Positions 1 to 9,688 of a stretch of DNA of 64,000 nt are shown piece after piece; the first letter of the stretch is position 1, and the number at the start of each line of letters is the position of its first letter. The notes under the pieces were generated by a model, which saw only the letters and a program-made list of their open reading frames with translations, was not told the DNA's origin and did not search any database. The DNA is taken from positions 868,001-932,000 of the forward strand of contig CP128816.1 of NCBI GenBank assembly GCA_051546255.1, in the 5' to 3' direction. The DNA comes from Meyerozyma guilliermondii. Taxonomy: Eukaryota. The translations under genes were made by a program, and so were the position numbers.

Positions 1-365
1 TATTCCACGTTTAATGATCCACTTTCCGTCAAGCTTTCGACACTCAACGTCGACAAGTCGGGAATCTGGGGTCCTAAATGATTAACGACATAGAGTCTAA
101 TGACATACATGTATATGTGGTGTAGCCCTACGTCTTGAACTAAGCGTCTTGGACTCTGTCGACCTGCACATAATGGCCTGCACACGGCCGACGAAGAGGC
201 AAATTTACCAAACTTAAATCAACATCATCAAACGCCCAACTTCCTAAATCGTTTCTGCAACACTAGGTGAACTCAAGATCGGTTATCTAACATTTGTGGG
301 TCCCAGTGCACGTAGAGTTGTTTTCAAACCACTCCCAAACTTATTCCTCATAAACACCCTTCAAA

Positions 366-1733
366 ATGGGACAAATCCTTTCACAACCGGTGACCGAAAA
401 GCACTCGGAATCTGATGCCAGCAAGCATTTGGCATACGGCTTGTCGCTGATGCAGGGCTGGCGTATCAATATGGAGGATGCTCATGCCACCATTCTCGAT
501 TTTTCTGACTCTGGGTCATCGGGCAACTCCACCGAAAAGTCTGCCGAAGAGGCACTGGTGGCCTTTTTTGGCGTCTACGATGGCCATGGAGGCGACAAGG
601 TGGCTATATACACGGGGAAACACCTCCACGATATTATCCGAGGCACCGAAGCGTTTGCTAAGAAGGACTACATTGGTGCTCTTAAACAAGGTTTTCTTAC
701 TTGCGACCAAAATATTCTCCGTGATGAGGATATGAAGGACGACGATTCAGGATGCGCTGCCACGTCGGTGATTATTACGAAAGATAGCATTATTTGTGGA
801 AATGCTGGAGATTCACGTACAGTAATGAGTGTCAATGGATTTGCTAAAGCTTTATCGTTTGACCATAAGCCTCTGAACGAGGGGGAAAAGGCACGTATTT
901 GTTCTGCTGGCGGTTATGTTGACATGGGCCGTGTAAACGGTAACCTTGCCCTCTCTCGTGGTATCGGAGATTTCGAATTCAAGAAGAATCTCGACTTGCC
1001 TGCTGAAGAACAAATTGTTACATGCTATCCCGATGTCATTCTGCATCCTCTCGATTTAACCGCTGACGAGTTTGTAATCCTTGCTTGTGACGGAATTTGG
1101 GACTGTCTCACATCGCAACATTGCGTGGAATGTGTACGTCGTGGAATTTACGAGCGCAAGCCATTGACACAAATCAGTGAGGAGATAATGGAATTATGTT
1201 GTGCTCCAACAAGCGATGGACTGGGAATTGGCTGCGATAACATGTCCATCGTCATTGTAGCACTTTTGGATGCTTCTCGTAATGAAACCCTTGATGAATG
1301 GTACGAAAAGATCATCGCCAGAGTCGATGCTAATGATTCGAAATACGGCCCCATCTCCAGTCCTTACAGTGAGATGTATAAGCAGATGTACGGAGAATAT
1401 TTTGAGATTGGCCAGCAGGGTAACCAGCCGTCGCGTGGAGCTGGAGGTGCCGGTGGACAGAACTCCATGTTCGGCGGACTTCCCGGTTTAAGTCAATTTA
1501 AGCCAGAAGAGGAAGAAGCTGAGGAAGCTGACCAGCAACAAGACGGCGAGGCCAATGGTGCCATTTCTCTCCAGAAGCTACTCGCAAGCAATGCCATCAC
1601 CAACGAGAATGGAGTCATATATCTTGATACATCGTCGGCACAATCACTATTGGCCCACTTCGGCATGTCAGAAGACCAGGAAAACGACAAGATTGAAGAG
1701 GAAAGGGAGAGTGAAAGTGACGACAAGGAGTAG
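366..1733 (+). CDS. PTC2: PP2C-family Ser/Thr phosphatase (Ptc2/Ptc3 type)
   Basis: MGQILS N-terminus; MQGWR, MEDAH, VYDGHGG, NAGDSR, LALSRGIGD, ACDGIWD and GCDNMS PP2C motifs; acidic tail. Confidence 0.93.
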   Translation: MGQILSQPVTEKHSESDASKHLAYGLSLMQGWRINMEDAHATILDFSDSGSSGNSTEKSAEEALVAFFGVYDGHGGDKVAIYTGKHLHDIIRGTEAFAKKDYIGALKQGFLTCDQNILRDEDMKDDDSGCAATSVIITKDSIICGNAGDSRTVMSVNGFAKALSFDHKPLNEGEKARICSAGGYVDMGRVNGNLALSRGIGDFEFKKNLDLPAEEQIVTCYPDVILHPLDLTADEFVILACDGIWDCLTSQHCVECVRRGIYERKPLTQISEEIMELCCAPTSDGLGIGCDNMSIVIVALLDASRNETLDEWYEKIIARVDANDSKYGPISSPYSEMYKQMYGEYFEIGQQGNQPSRGAGGAGGQNSMFGGLPGLSQFKPEEEEAEEADQQQDGEANGAISLQKLLASNAITNENGVIYLDTSSAQSLLAHFGMSEDQENDKIEEERESESDDKE

Positions 1734-2068
1734 GGTCATAGGTTCAGTTCTAGATATCTAATGATAGTGTAACACTATTTGTATTTTATCATCACTGCGA
1801 TTAGAGCCCTCACCCAATGTGCAGGACATTTGTATATTTTTCATCGAAACCCCAGACGGTTGGAACAACTTGTCGAGGGTTATACTTTGCCCGAAACTTA
1901 AATTCCGCGCGTGGGCGCACTCGCATTTGCTGATACTTGTTCTGCGTATACCAGGCGTTCAAAACTGACGTACATACAATCTACAGTCTACCATATCAGC
2001 CAAAATCATTTCGCATCCATTCACCAAGGCATTTTCATTTCCCGTATATTTCCACATCCAGCAGTGTT

Positions 2069-3961
2069 ATGGTGGATCTACTCAACCAGCTTCACATTCC
2101 GGACAACCGTCACTACGAGAATGTTGCAAGTGGCGAATATGGGCGCTTTAGGCGGCGACTGTCACACCTAAATGGCTCCTCATCGGCTCTGCCAAACAAC
2201 ACTGATCTGCCACACAATGTTGATCTGGCGACAAAACATCGTCTGGTTTCCACTGGCAGAAGCCGATTGGTCACATACAGCAACAAATCGGGCCAGTTTA
2301 TTGTTCGAATAAAGCTTGGTTCAAGATCATCATCCACTGCACCCACGGTATCGCCTGATTCGTTACCATACAAGGGTGTATTAGCATTTCCTGATTGCAC
2401 AATCAACAATACCGAGCCCACGAAAAAGGATCGAGACCAGTTCAAGCGATTGCTTGAAAAATCAAAGAGTTTGATCTCGTCGCAGACTTCAACTTTGTTC
2501 AATCGTGCTTCCTCTATAGATTCTGATTCGCCGTATATGGTGTCCCAAATCCGCCAAATACGGTTCAGAGACTTCCTCATTGACACCTGGTACTCGGCTC
2601 CGTACCCTGAAGAGTATTCGCAATCGTCGGTAATTTTCATTTGTGAACACTGTCTCAAGTATATGAACTCGCACAAGCTGTACATGCGACACCAATTGAA
2701 AAATTGCAACATGTCAAACCACCATCCGCCCGGAACAGAGATATATCGAGATCCTGAGCAGCGTGTAGCGTTCTGGGAAGTTGACGGACGCAAAAACATC
2801 AGTTACTGCCAGAACCTCTGTCTTTTGGCCAAACTATTTCTCAATTCCAAAACTCTCTACTATGATGTTGAGCCTTTCATCTTTTACATTCTCACGGAAA
2901 TAGATGCAAGCGATCCTTCCACCTACCATTTCGTTGGTTATTTTTCCAAAGAGAAACTCAACAACTCCGATTACAATGTCTCCTGCATTCTTACGCTCCC
3001 CGTTTATCAGCGAAAAGGTTATGGTAACCTACTAATAGATTTCAGCTACTTGCTCTCGAGAAAGGAATTCAAGTTTGGTACTCCCGAGAAACCTTTGAGT
3101 GATTTGGGGCTAATGAGCTACCGAAACTACTGGAAAATCACCATTGCACATCAACTAAAATTTCTATGGGAAAAGTACTTGAAAAACAAATCTGACTATG
3201 TGACGATTTCCGTGGAAAATCTCTGCAAGCTCACAGGCATGATTCCATCTGATGTCGTTGTTGGTCTTGAACAATTGCATGCGCTTGTGAAGAACTTTAA
3301 TACCAATTCTTATGGCATCGCCGTGAATCTTCGAACCATCGATTCTGTGATTGAAAAATGGAAATCCAAAAATTATGTCACTTTGGACTCTTCAAAGCTC
3401 TTGTGGAAACCAATGTTGTTTGGACCTTCCGGTGGTATCAATTCTGCTCCGGCAATGCTACCGCCGACTACTGCTGGTAACAATCCAGTACACAATAGTA
3501 TTGCCATGCTTACAGATTTTTTGCGAGACGACATTAACAACCCGTACAGTTTTGAGGAAGAGTCGTTGAAGGCAATCGAGTGTTTAATCGAGGTCAACAA
3601 GGCAATGGACGAAGAAGACACCGACAACTATTTGGAGTGTTCTCCAGATATGACATTCCCTAAGAGAAAACCTCCAAAGGTATTTGAAGAGGAAGAGGAA
3701 CTTCCATTGAGCGTACCGCTTGGGGATCCGGTCGAAACCGGGTTGAAGGAAAATGCCGAAGTTGAAGCAGATTCCAACTATGATGAAGATGCGGAAATCG
3801 AAGATGAAGAAATCGACGAAGAAACTTCGAGCCCAATTGAAACTGAAAGAGTGTTTCGGCGGTCAAGCAGAATCAACCTACGCAGCAATGGTACAGTTTT
3901 ATCTCGGTGGCTGCGGCGAAGAATACCAGTGCGTACATCTAAACGGTTGCGCAATGTATGA
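2069..3961 (+). CDS. SAS3: MYST-family histone acetyltransferase (Sas3-like, NuA3)
   Basis: TWYSAPYPEEY, C2HC finger (CEHCLKY...H...C), CQNLCLLAKLFL, QRKGYG, GTPEKPLSDLG. First ATG at 2069 (track start 1937 is TTG). Neighbours fit the SAS3 region. Confidence 0.85.
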   Translation: MVDLLNQLHIPDNRHYENVASGEYGRFRRRLSHLNGSSSALPNNTDLPHNVDLATKHRLVSTGRSRLVTYSNKSGQFIVRIKLGSRSSSTAPTVSPDSLPYKGVLAFPDCTINNTEPTKKDRDQFKRLLEKSKSLISSQTSTLFNRASSIDSDSPYMVSQIRQIRFRDFLIDTWYSAPYPEEYSQSSVIFICEHCLKYMNSHKLYMRHQLKNCNMSNHHPPGTEIYRDPEQRVAFWEVDGRKNISYCQNLCLLAKLFLNSKTLYYDVEPFIFYILTEIDASDPSTYHFVGYFSKEKLNNSDYNVSCILTLPVYQRKGYGNLLIDFSYLLSRKEFKFGTPEKPLSDLGLMSYRNYWKITIAHQLKFLWEKYLKNKSDYVTISVENLCKLTGMIPSDVVVGLEQLHALVKNFNTNSYGIAVNLRTIDSVIEKWKSKNYVTLDSSKLLWKPMLFGPSGGINSAPAMLPPTTAGNNPVHNSIAMLTDFLRDDINNPYSFEEESLKAIECLIEVNKAMDEEDTDNYLECSPDMTFPKRKPPKVFEEEEELPLSVPLGDPVETGLKENAEVEADSNYDEDAEIEDEEIDEETSSPIETERVFRRSSRINLRSNGTVLSRWLRRRIPVRTSKRLRNV

Positions 3962-3992
3962 TAATGTATATTAATATGTATAATAGTGGGAT

Positions 3993-5096
3993 TCAATCGA
4001 CTCCAAATAATTCACAAGACCTGTCGTAGACCTCATCAAGGAAAACCTGGATCTGTTCAGGTTCCTCAAGTCCATACAAGGAACACATGATTTGAGCAAC
4101 CTGGCCTACGAACACAGGTTCGTTTCTGGATTTCACTATTGGATGAATTGCCATGGGTTCTACTGAATCTTTAAACTGAGAGAGTGACTCTTCTATCCTG
4201 TCTACGGCATCACTCTTGGCTGTGGGAAATGGAAGTCTTTCATCAAATTTTTTACCTTTGGCTAATTCTTTCAAGTCGTTCATACCTGGTATTTCTGGGT
4301 AGAAAAGGTTGGGATAACCCGTCAATAATTTGTGACTAGCATGAGACTTTCTGATCTCGCACCATGGTGCATCTGTTTCAATCAATAGTTGAGATCGAGG
4401 AATCTTGGCGGCAACTTCAAGGTTTTCCGAAGTCTTCAAAGAACACCCATTGACACTAATTTTGAAGCCGAGTTGAAGAAGTTGATGTAGTTCCTGTTCG
4501 GTTCCAGTAAACGAGTGGACGACTCCACTGGCTGGAAAGTCTCCTCTATCGATAAAAGGCTTCAATATAGATACAAAATCATCTACAGCGTTTCTCATAT
4601 GGAGAAAAAGAGGAAGCTTGAGATGCTTCAACGACGCTGCAATTTCGAGCTGTTTACTGAAAAATGTCCGCTGCTGGTCCTTTGTGGAGTAATGTAACCG
4701 ATCGTAGTCCAAGCCTATTTCGCCAAACGCTTTAATAGCTCCTGTTTTAGCGCCATTGACTGTAATTTCTCGGAGCTTGTTGAGCTTTTCATCGACATCC
4801 GGCAATAATTCTTTTGAGCCTTTACAGTAGAACTCGTCAGCCACAGTGCACGGGTGTACTCCTACAGTCGAATAGAAAACTCCTGGATGGTTCTGAGCCA
4901 ATTGAATATGATCTTCGCTTTCAGAAATCGTCGAGGAAGTGACGAGCATCTTATCAACTCTAAACATACGAGCACGAGCTATCACGGCTTCTAAGTCGGG
5001 TTTATGCTTGCGAGAGCCATGGTAAACGCCCTGGAACATAGCATCGGAAAAGTTGACCCCTATATCGAAATATCGAGGAGCCCACCGTGACATCAT
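3993..5096 (-). CDS. TatD-family nuclease (YBL055C-like)
   Basis: FDIGVN, TVGVHP, GEIGLDY, LFLHMR, VVHSFTG, IETDAPW and RNEP TatD motifs. Confidence 0.92.
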   Translation of the reverse strand: MMSRWAPRYFDIGVNFSDAMFQGVYHGSRKHKPDLEAVIARARMFRVDKMLVTSSTISESEDHIQLAQNHPGVFYSTVGVHPCTVADEFYCKGSKELLPDVDEKLNKLREITVNGAKTGAIKAFGEIGLDYDRLHYSTKDQQRTFFSKQLEIAASLKHLKLPLFLHMRNAVDDFVSILKPFIDRGDFPASGVVHSFTGTEQELHQLLQLGFKISVNGCSLKTSENLEVAAKIPRSQLLIETDAPWCEIRKSHASHKLLTGYPNLFYPEIPGMNDLKELAKGKKFDERLPFPTAKSDAVDRIEESLSQFKDSVEPMAIHPIVKSRNEPVFVGQVAQIMCSLYGLEEPEQIQVFLDEVYDRSCELFGVD

Positions 5097-5173
5097 AAAA
5101 GTAAATGTTGCAAATTTCGCGCTGAAAATTCATCTTATCACAAGTTCTTCTTCTTCAATTTCAAAAAATAAAT

Positions 5174-5770
5174 ATGGAAGACTTAGAAAAAGAGCTTTCT
5201 GCACAAGAAGCAGCGCTCTCAAGGGACCGGGAAATAGAAAGGGTACTTTCTTGTGCCTCTGGCGACCATTTTGCAGTGTTGGATATATGGCCCGGCGAAG
5301 ACGGTAAGAAAGCATACCGACGTAAAACTATACTAATTCACCCCGACAAGACGGATAACCCACAAGCACCAGAAGCCTTTGACAGACTCAAAAAGGCAGA
5401 AAGAGTTGTCAATGCAATTAAAGAGAACGACGAAGAATTCTATTTGGAGCGCGAGAGACTCGAAAGCATCTATAAACATGTGGGCTTTGACAATAGCAAA
5501 CCAGAAACCAGGCTGGTAGCCACCAGAGACGAAGCAGCCAAGGTTCTCAAGCGAGAAAAAGCAAAACTTGAAACTGACCAAAGTATCGAAAGGTATCAGC
5601 AAGAACAAGAGAACAAGCGTCAGATGGAACTTCAGAAACAACGATTGGCCAAGAGAAAACAAGATTCCGTATGGGAAGACCAGCGAGATACTCGAGTTCA
5701 GAACTGGCGTAATTACGTGCATAAAGTCGACAAGAAGACCAAAAAGAAGAAGAAAAAGGTATTGGCATAA
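5174..5770 (+). CDS. J-domain protein (Spf31/DNAJC8-like)
   Basis: IHPDK J-domain motif, coiled coil, WED.RD.RV..WR motif and Lys-rich C-terminus. Confidence 0.82.
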   Translation: MEDLEKELSAQEAALSRDREIERVLSCASGDHFAVLDIWPGEDGKKAYRRKTILIHPDKTDNPQAPEAFDRLKKAERVVNAIKENDEEFYLERERLESIYKHVGFDNSKPETRLVATRDEAAKVLKREKAKLETDQSIERYQQEQENKRQMELQKQRLAKRKQDSVWEDQRDTRVQNWRNYVHKVDKKTKKKKKKVLA

Positions 5771-5834
5771 ATCTACCCCACAAATGGTGTGTTGATGTCA
5801 TCGTGAAAAATCGCGGTTCCTAATAATCACCACC

Positions 5835-6410
5835 ATGCCTTCGTCGGTCCTTCTGTTAGTTCTGGTAGCTGCAGTTTCTTTTGCCACAGGAGTCGTTGTG
5901 TGTCGACAATTGTCAACCTTGCACAATTATGACCACAAAATTAAAGGCAGAAAGGAAATCGAAGATGAATATGAAGACAGCGACGAAGATGACGAAGAAG
6001 ACGACGTTGAAATCGATTCTCGAGACCTCAACCTGGTTGGCGGCGAGGTGAGGATGACGTTGGTTGTTCGCCAGGATTTGAAAATGGGCAAAGGAAAAGC
6101 CGCTGCTCAATGTCTGCATGCAACATTAGCCTTGTACAAGAAAATCACCTCGAGTACCAGTGCTTCTTATAACCCACAAATGGTTCAAAGATGGGAAAGA
6201 AATGGCCAAGCCAAGATCACATTACAAGTTCCCGACCAGGAAACCATGGACATGTTGTTTGCGCAAGCAATGTCCATAGGAGTCAATGCTGCAATTATTC
6301 ACGATGCTGGAAGAACCCAAATAGCTGCCGGCAGCGCTACGGTGCTCGGGTTGGGCCCAGCTCCCAAAGCTGTTCTTGACCAGATAACGGGAGACCTAAA
6401 ACTATACTAG
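5835..6410 (+). CDS. PTH2: Peptidyl-tRNA hydrolase 2
   Basis: N-terminal hydrophobic anchor; VVRQDLKMGKGKAAAQC(S)HA and HDAGRTQIAAGSATVLG. Confidence 0.95.
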   Translation: MPSSVLLLVLVAAVSFATGVVVCRQLSTLHNYDHKIKGRKEIEDEYEDSDEDDEEDDVEIDSRDLNLVGGEVRMTLVVRQDLKMGKGKAAAQCLHATLALYKKITSSTSASYNPQMVQRWERNGQAKITLQVPDQETMDMLFAQAMSIGVNAAIIHDAGRTQIAAGSATVLGLGPAPKAVLDQITGDLKLY

Positions 6411-6475
6411 CTTCAGTCTTCGTAGCGGAGTTTAAATACATCGTATTACCATATCTACTTCCACGCCAGGCAGAA

Positions 6476-7879
6476 TCATTTCATAGTCAATGGGTTCACC
6501 GACGACGACGTTCGCCGCTTGCGTTTTGCTCTCTCTATCGTCTCCACATCCACAAGCACATCGTCGTCGCTGTCTGTTTCGATGACATCTTCCACACCAG
6601 CGTAGAAATCGTCCACATCGTCGAGGCCAATAGACGATTGGCGTCGCCGTCCACCTGTGCGAGGAGAAGAACGCAGTCCGTTTCTGAGGCGCTCCAAGTA
6701 GTCTATTCGGGTCCAGATCTCGCCCTCGGTACGCTGTGGAAGAAGTATCAGGAGCTCAGCAAACGAAAGTTCTCGATTCCGGCGGTTCACAAGAAGCTCG
6801 TCCTCTTCTATCAGCCATGGAATATGAAGCATGGACTTGGAGGACTTTGTTTTTTTCGGGGTAGTCTTGGGGTCGGAAGAGTCCTTTTTGGGGGTCTTCT
6901 TTTTCTTTTCCTTTTCGTCGGTGGCATGAGGAATTACCACCGAACCGGACCGACTAAAGTAGCCCGAACCACCGGAAACACTGCCATTGCGCAAACTTGG
7001 AACGGTAGTAGGAGCGCTCACACTCGGGTTCCGAGACGGTCCAGAGACGCTGGTGCCGCCAAAAAGCACCGGCATGTGGGCTAGCGAGTTCAGACGGTGA
7101 TGCGGGAATGTCATCGACTTGGAAGGAAGCGACAGGACCAGTGACCGCGATGACAGAATCGAGTTGCGGTCGTCCTTGATGATCTGGATGATGGAGTTGT
7201 TGTGCACAGGCACCGCCAGGGTGGAATTGGACCGGCTATGGTGGCCCTGTTGCGAGGTTGAGTTTCGAGGCGTGAGAGCCGGAGGATGGCCCGGCTGGTT
7301 ATGAGGGAGATTCATGGTGGGATCGACCAGGATTTCGGCATAGTATCCGCCGCCGTTGCTCGAGGCTCCCTGAGACAGCTGGGGGTCGAGATTGGGTTCA
7401 ATTCGGGCGGTCACTGGCTCAAAGTCTGACGACGTCGACTCGAATGCTGGAGGCATCGGACTGGTAGTGTGGGAAAGTGCGTTTAGACCGGCCAATGCCG
7501 ACGAGATATTGTTGTCGTAGCCTGTAAAAGTGGCCAGAGCCACCGGGGAGAACGGAGAAGCCGTGGAAAAGTCGTCTTTGTTCTTTCGTTGTCGTTTGAC
7601 CGAGGACCCAGTTGACGTCGAAGGTGGATTATGTCCTGGAGACGCCAGTTTCGGCGGATTCTTAAGGTTGCCCAGCTTGAGCCGCCGCCATCTGAATTGA
7701 CAGGCGTTGGGAGTTCTGTTGTGGAAGTTACTGGCGATCTCTTTCCACCCCAACTTTTGCTGGTCTTTCAAATGCATCAACAAAATGTCATCCAGCTGGT
7801 CCCACGAGGTTGGGGTCCGAGAATAGTTTTTGGATTCCGTGCCCCCGTCTCCTCCTTGGTCCGTAGAAGCGTCAGCCAT
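6476..7879 (-). CDS. DOT6: Myb/SANT transcription factor binding PAC elements (Dot6/Tod6)
   Basis: Two Myb repeats (W..LDD.LL...K...KLGWKEIA..F..RTPNACQFRWRRLK; PW..EEDELL). Alternative ATG at 7936, but a CACGTG site just upstream of it favours 7879. Confidence 0.85.
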   Translation of the reverse strand: MADASTDQGGDGGTESKNYSRTPTSWDQLDDILLMHLKDQQKLGWKEIASNFHNRTPNACQFRWRRLKLGNLKNPPKLASPGHNPPSTSTGSSVKRQRKNKDDFSTASPFSPVALATFTGYDNNISSALAGLNALSHTTSPMPPAFESTSSDFEPVTARIEPNLDPQLSQGASSNGGGYYAEILVDPTMNLPHNQPGHPPALTPRNSTSQQGHHSRSNSTLAVPVHNNSIIQIIKDDRNSILSSRSLVLSLPSKSMTFPHHRLNSLAHMPVLFGGTSVSGPSRNPSVSAPTTVPSLRNGSVSGGSGYFSRSGSVVIPHATDEKEKKKKTPKKDSSDPKTTPKKTKSSKSMLHIPWLIEEDELLVNRRNRELSFAELLILLPQRTEGEIWTRIDYLERLRNGLRSSPRTGGRRRQSSIGLDDVDDFYAGVEDVIETDSDDDVLVDVETIERAKRKRRTSSSVNPLTMK

Positions 7880-7947
7880 GGTGTCGTTGTGTTGCCGCTG
7901 TTTGGAACTGGGACCGATGCGGTGGGCGATGATCATCGACGATTTGC

Positions 7948-7956
7948 GTCACGTGA
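7948..7956. promoter_or_regulatory. GTCACGTGA, Cbf1/Tye7-type bHLH site upstream of DOT6
   Basis: Exact match to RTCACGTG in the short TRP2-DOT6 spacer. Confidence 0.5.
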
Positions 7957-8015
7957 TCCAAGGTCTATAGTCTATAAGGTGAGACAATACCAGAAATCTA
8001 TTGAAGTCTCGTGCT

Positions 8016-9602
8016 CTAATTACTAAACCCCACACGCTCCCCCCAGATGGCCTCGGCTTCCACTATGGTATTGTTGTTCGCCCGCATCTTGTTCATCGTT
8101 TCCACATACTCATCGTACTCATCACTGTCAAATACAATTCCTCCTCCAGCTTGAAGATAAGCCACACCTTGCTTGTAAACCATCGTCCGCAACGCTATAC
8201 ATGTATCCATGGTCTTTCCGTCGTAACCCCAGTGACCCACGGCTCCGGCATAAACTCCTCTCTTTTCCTTTTCCAATTCTCCTATCAATTCCATCGCCTT
8301 GACCTTGGGTGCTCCACTCACAGTACCAGCAGGAAACACCGACCTAAAAGCATCAAAACGAGTTTTGTCCAGTCTCAACGTCCCGCTGACTTCTGATACC
8401 AAATGCATAACATGAGAGAAACGCTCAATGGTCAAAAGTCGGTCCACAGAATTACTCTCAGGTGTACATACTCGATTGATATCATTCCGTGCAAGGTCGA
8501 CCAACATGATATGTTCGGCACGATCTTTGGCGCTGTTTCTCAAGATCTCGGCGTTGGTTTCGTCTTCCTCGTTGGTTTTGCCTCGTTGAATCGTGCCGGC
8601 AATGGGATGGGTTACCACCTTACTCTTGTCATCGGCTTTCACCAAGAGTTCTGGTGAAGCACCCACGATTTGGAATTCCACTAAATCAATGTAGAATAGG
8701 TATGGCGAGGGATTGACCGTTCTCAAGTGTCTATATATGTTGAAAGGATGTAAGGAAGTAGGCCGAGCCACTCGTTGAGACGGAACCGCTTGGATGATGT
8801 CACCTTTCAAAATATGCTGTTTCAAGCTCGATACATGCTGCTCGTAACCTTCCTGGCCAATGTTGGATGCAAACGTTTGGTTTTGCTTGATAGGTGGTTG
8901 TTTTGGGTTGAAGTCACTGATAGTGGACGACAACACTTTTTCAACGGCTTCAATCTCATCTCGAGCTTGATCGAATTTTTGTTGCAACTTGGACGTATCG
9001 GCAATTTCAACATTGCATATGATCTGAAACCTCTGGTAAACGTGGTCAAACGCCACTATCAAGTCACACATCATAAGAACGGCTTCGGGAACTTGTAACA
9101 CATCCTTTAAATCCCGTCTTGTCTTAGGCTCAAAGTACTTTATACAATCGTAGGAAATGTATCCAACCGCTCCTCCGCTCAACTTGGGAAGCCCAGGCAA
9201 TTGAACTTGGTTGTACTGTTTCAATTCTTCTTCGAGCACAGTAATGGGGTCTATATTGGTAAATTCAGGTTCAAACCGACTGGAATCGTCACCTGTCTTG
9301 ATGACTTTTTTCGGCTTGATTCCAATAAACGAATACCTATCCACGGTATCACCATTTAAGGCTGACTCGAGCAAAAACGAGGGTCCTCTGTTTTCGTCAT
9401 TTAGGTTTGCAAGCTTCAAATACGCTTGATGAACTGTCAAATCGTTGTGATGGACATACTTGTAGATGGGATAAAGATTTTTCTTACCTGCCTCGACAGG
9501 CTGTTCCTCTACTATGTTCTTGAGCTGCGCAACCAGCGGCTGAATCTCGGCCTGGGTTAGCAATTTGCGTTTTGCACACGGATCATTACTACTTACAAAC
9601 AT
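8016..9602 (-). CDS. TRP2: Anthranilate synthase component I; probably two exons (9602-9597, 9551-8016)
   Basis: FLLESA, GGAVGYISYD, NPSPY, GASPE, PIAGT, AEHIMLVDLARND, FSHVMHLVS, PAGTVSGAPK and QAGGGIV motifs. Confidence 0.96.
   Translation of the reverse strand: MFVSSNDPCAKRKLLTQAEIQPLVAQLKNIVEEQPVEAGKKNLYPIYKYVHHNDLTVHQAYLKLANLNDENRGPSFLLESALNGDTVDRYSFIGIKPKKVIKTGDDSSRFEPEFTNIDPITVLEEELKQYNQVQLPGLPKLSGGAVGYISYDCIKYFEPKTRRDLKDVLQVPEAVLMMCDLIVAFDHVYQRFQIICNVEIADTSKLQQKFDQARDEIEAVEKVLSSTISDFNPKQPPIKQNQTFASNIGQEGYEQHVSSLKQHILKGDIIQAVPSQRVARPTSLHPFNIYRHLRTVNPSPYLFYIDLVEFQIVGASPELLVKADDKSKVVTHPIAGTIQRGKTNEEDETNAEILRNSAKDRAEHIMLVDLARNDINRVCTPESNSVDRLLTIERFSHVMHLVSEVSGTLRLDKTRFDAFRSVFPAGTVSGAPKVKAMELIGELEKEKRGVYAGAVGHWGYDGKTMDTCIALRTMVYKQGVAYLQAGGGIVFDSDEYDEYVETMNKMRANNNTIVEAEAIWGERVGFSN
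9552..9596 (-). other. Putative 45-nt spliceosomal intron in TRP2
   Basis: Minus strand reads ATG TTT | GTAAGT ... TGCTAAC C CAG | GCC GAG ATT: canonical donor, branch point and acceptor. Confidence 0.75.
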
Positions 9603-9616
9603 GTTTGTTGCAGTGG

Positions 9617-9623
9617 TGACTCA
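9617..9623. promoter_or_regulatory. TGACTCA Gcn4/AP-1 site upstream of TRP2
   Basis: Perfect Gcn4 consensus 14 bp from the ATG; TRP2 is a classical general-amino-acid-control target. Confidence 0.5.
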
Positions 9624-9688
9624 ACTGAAAAATTGAACTTGAGATTATATGCAAATTATCGATATGTACAGGATGATGGTTGCAAACT

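Noticed and set aside
2113..2799. 228-aa antisense ORF within SAS3
   Set aside because: Shadow ORF with no independent protein features
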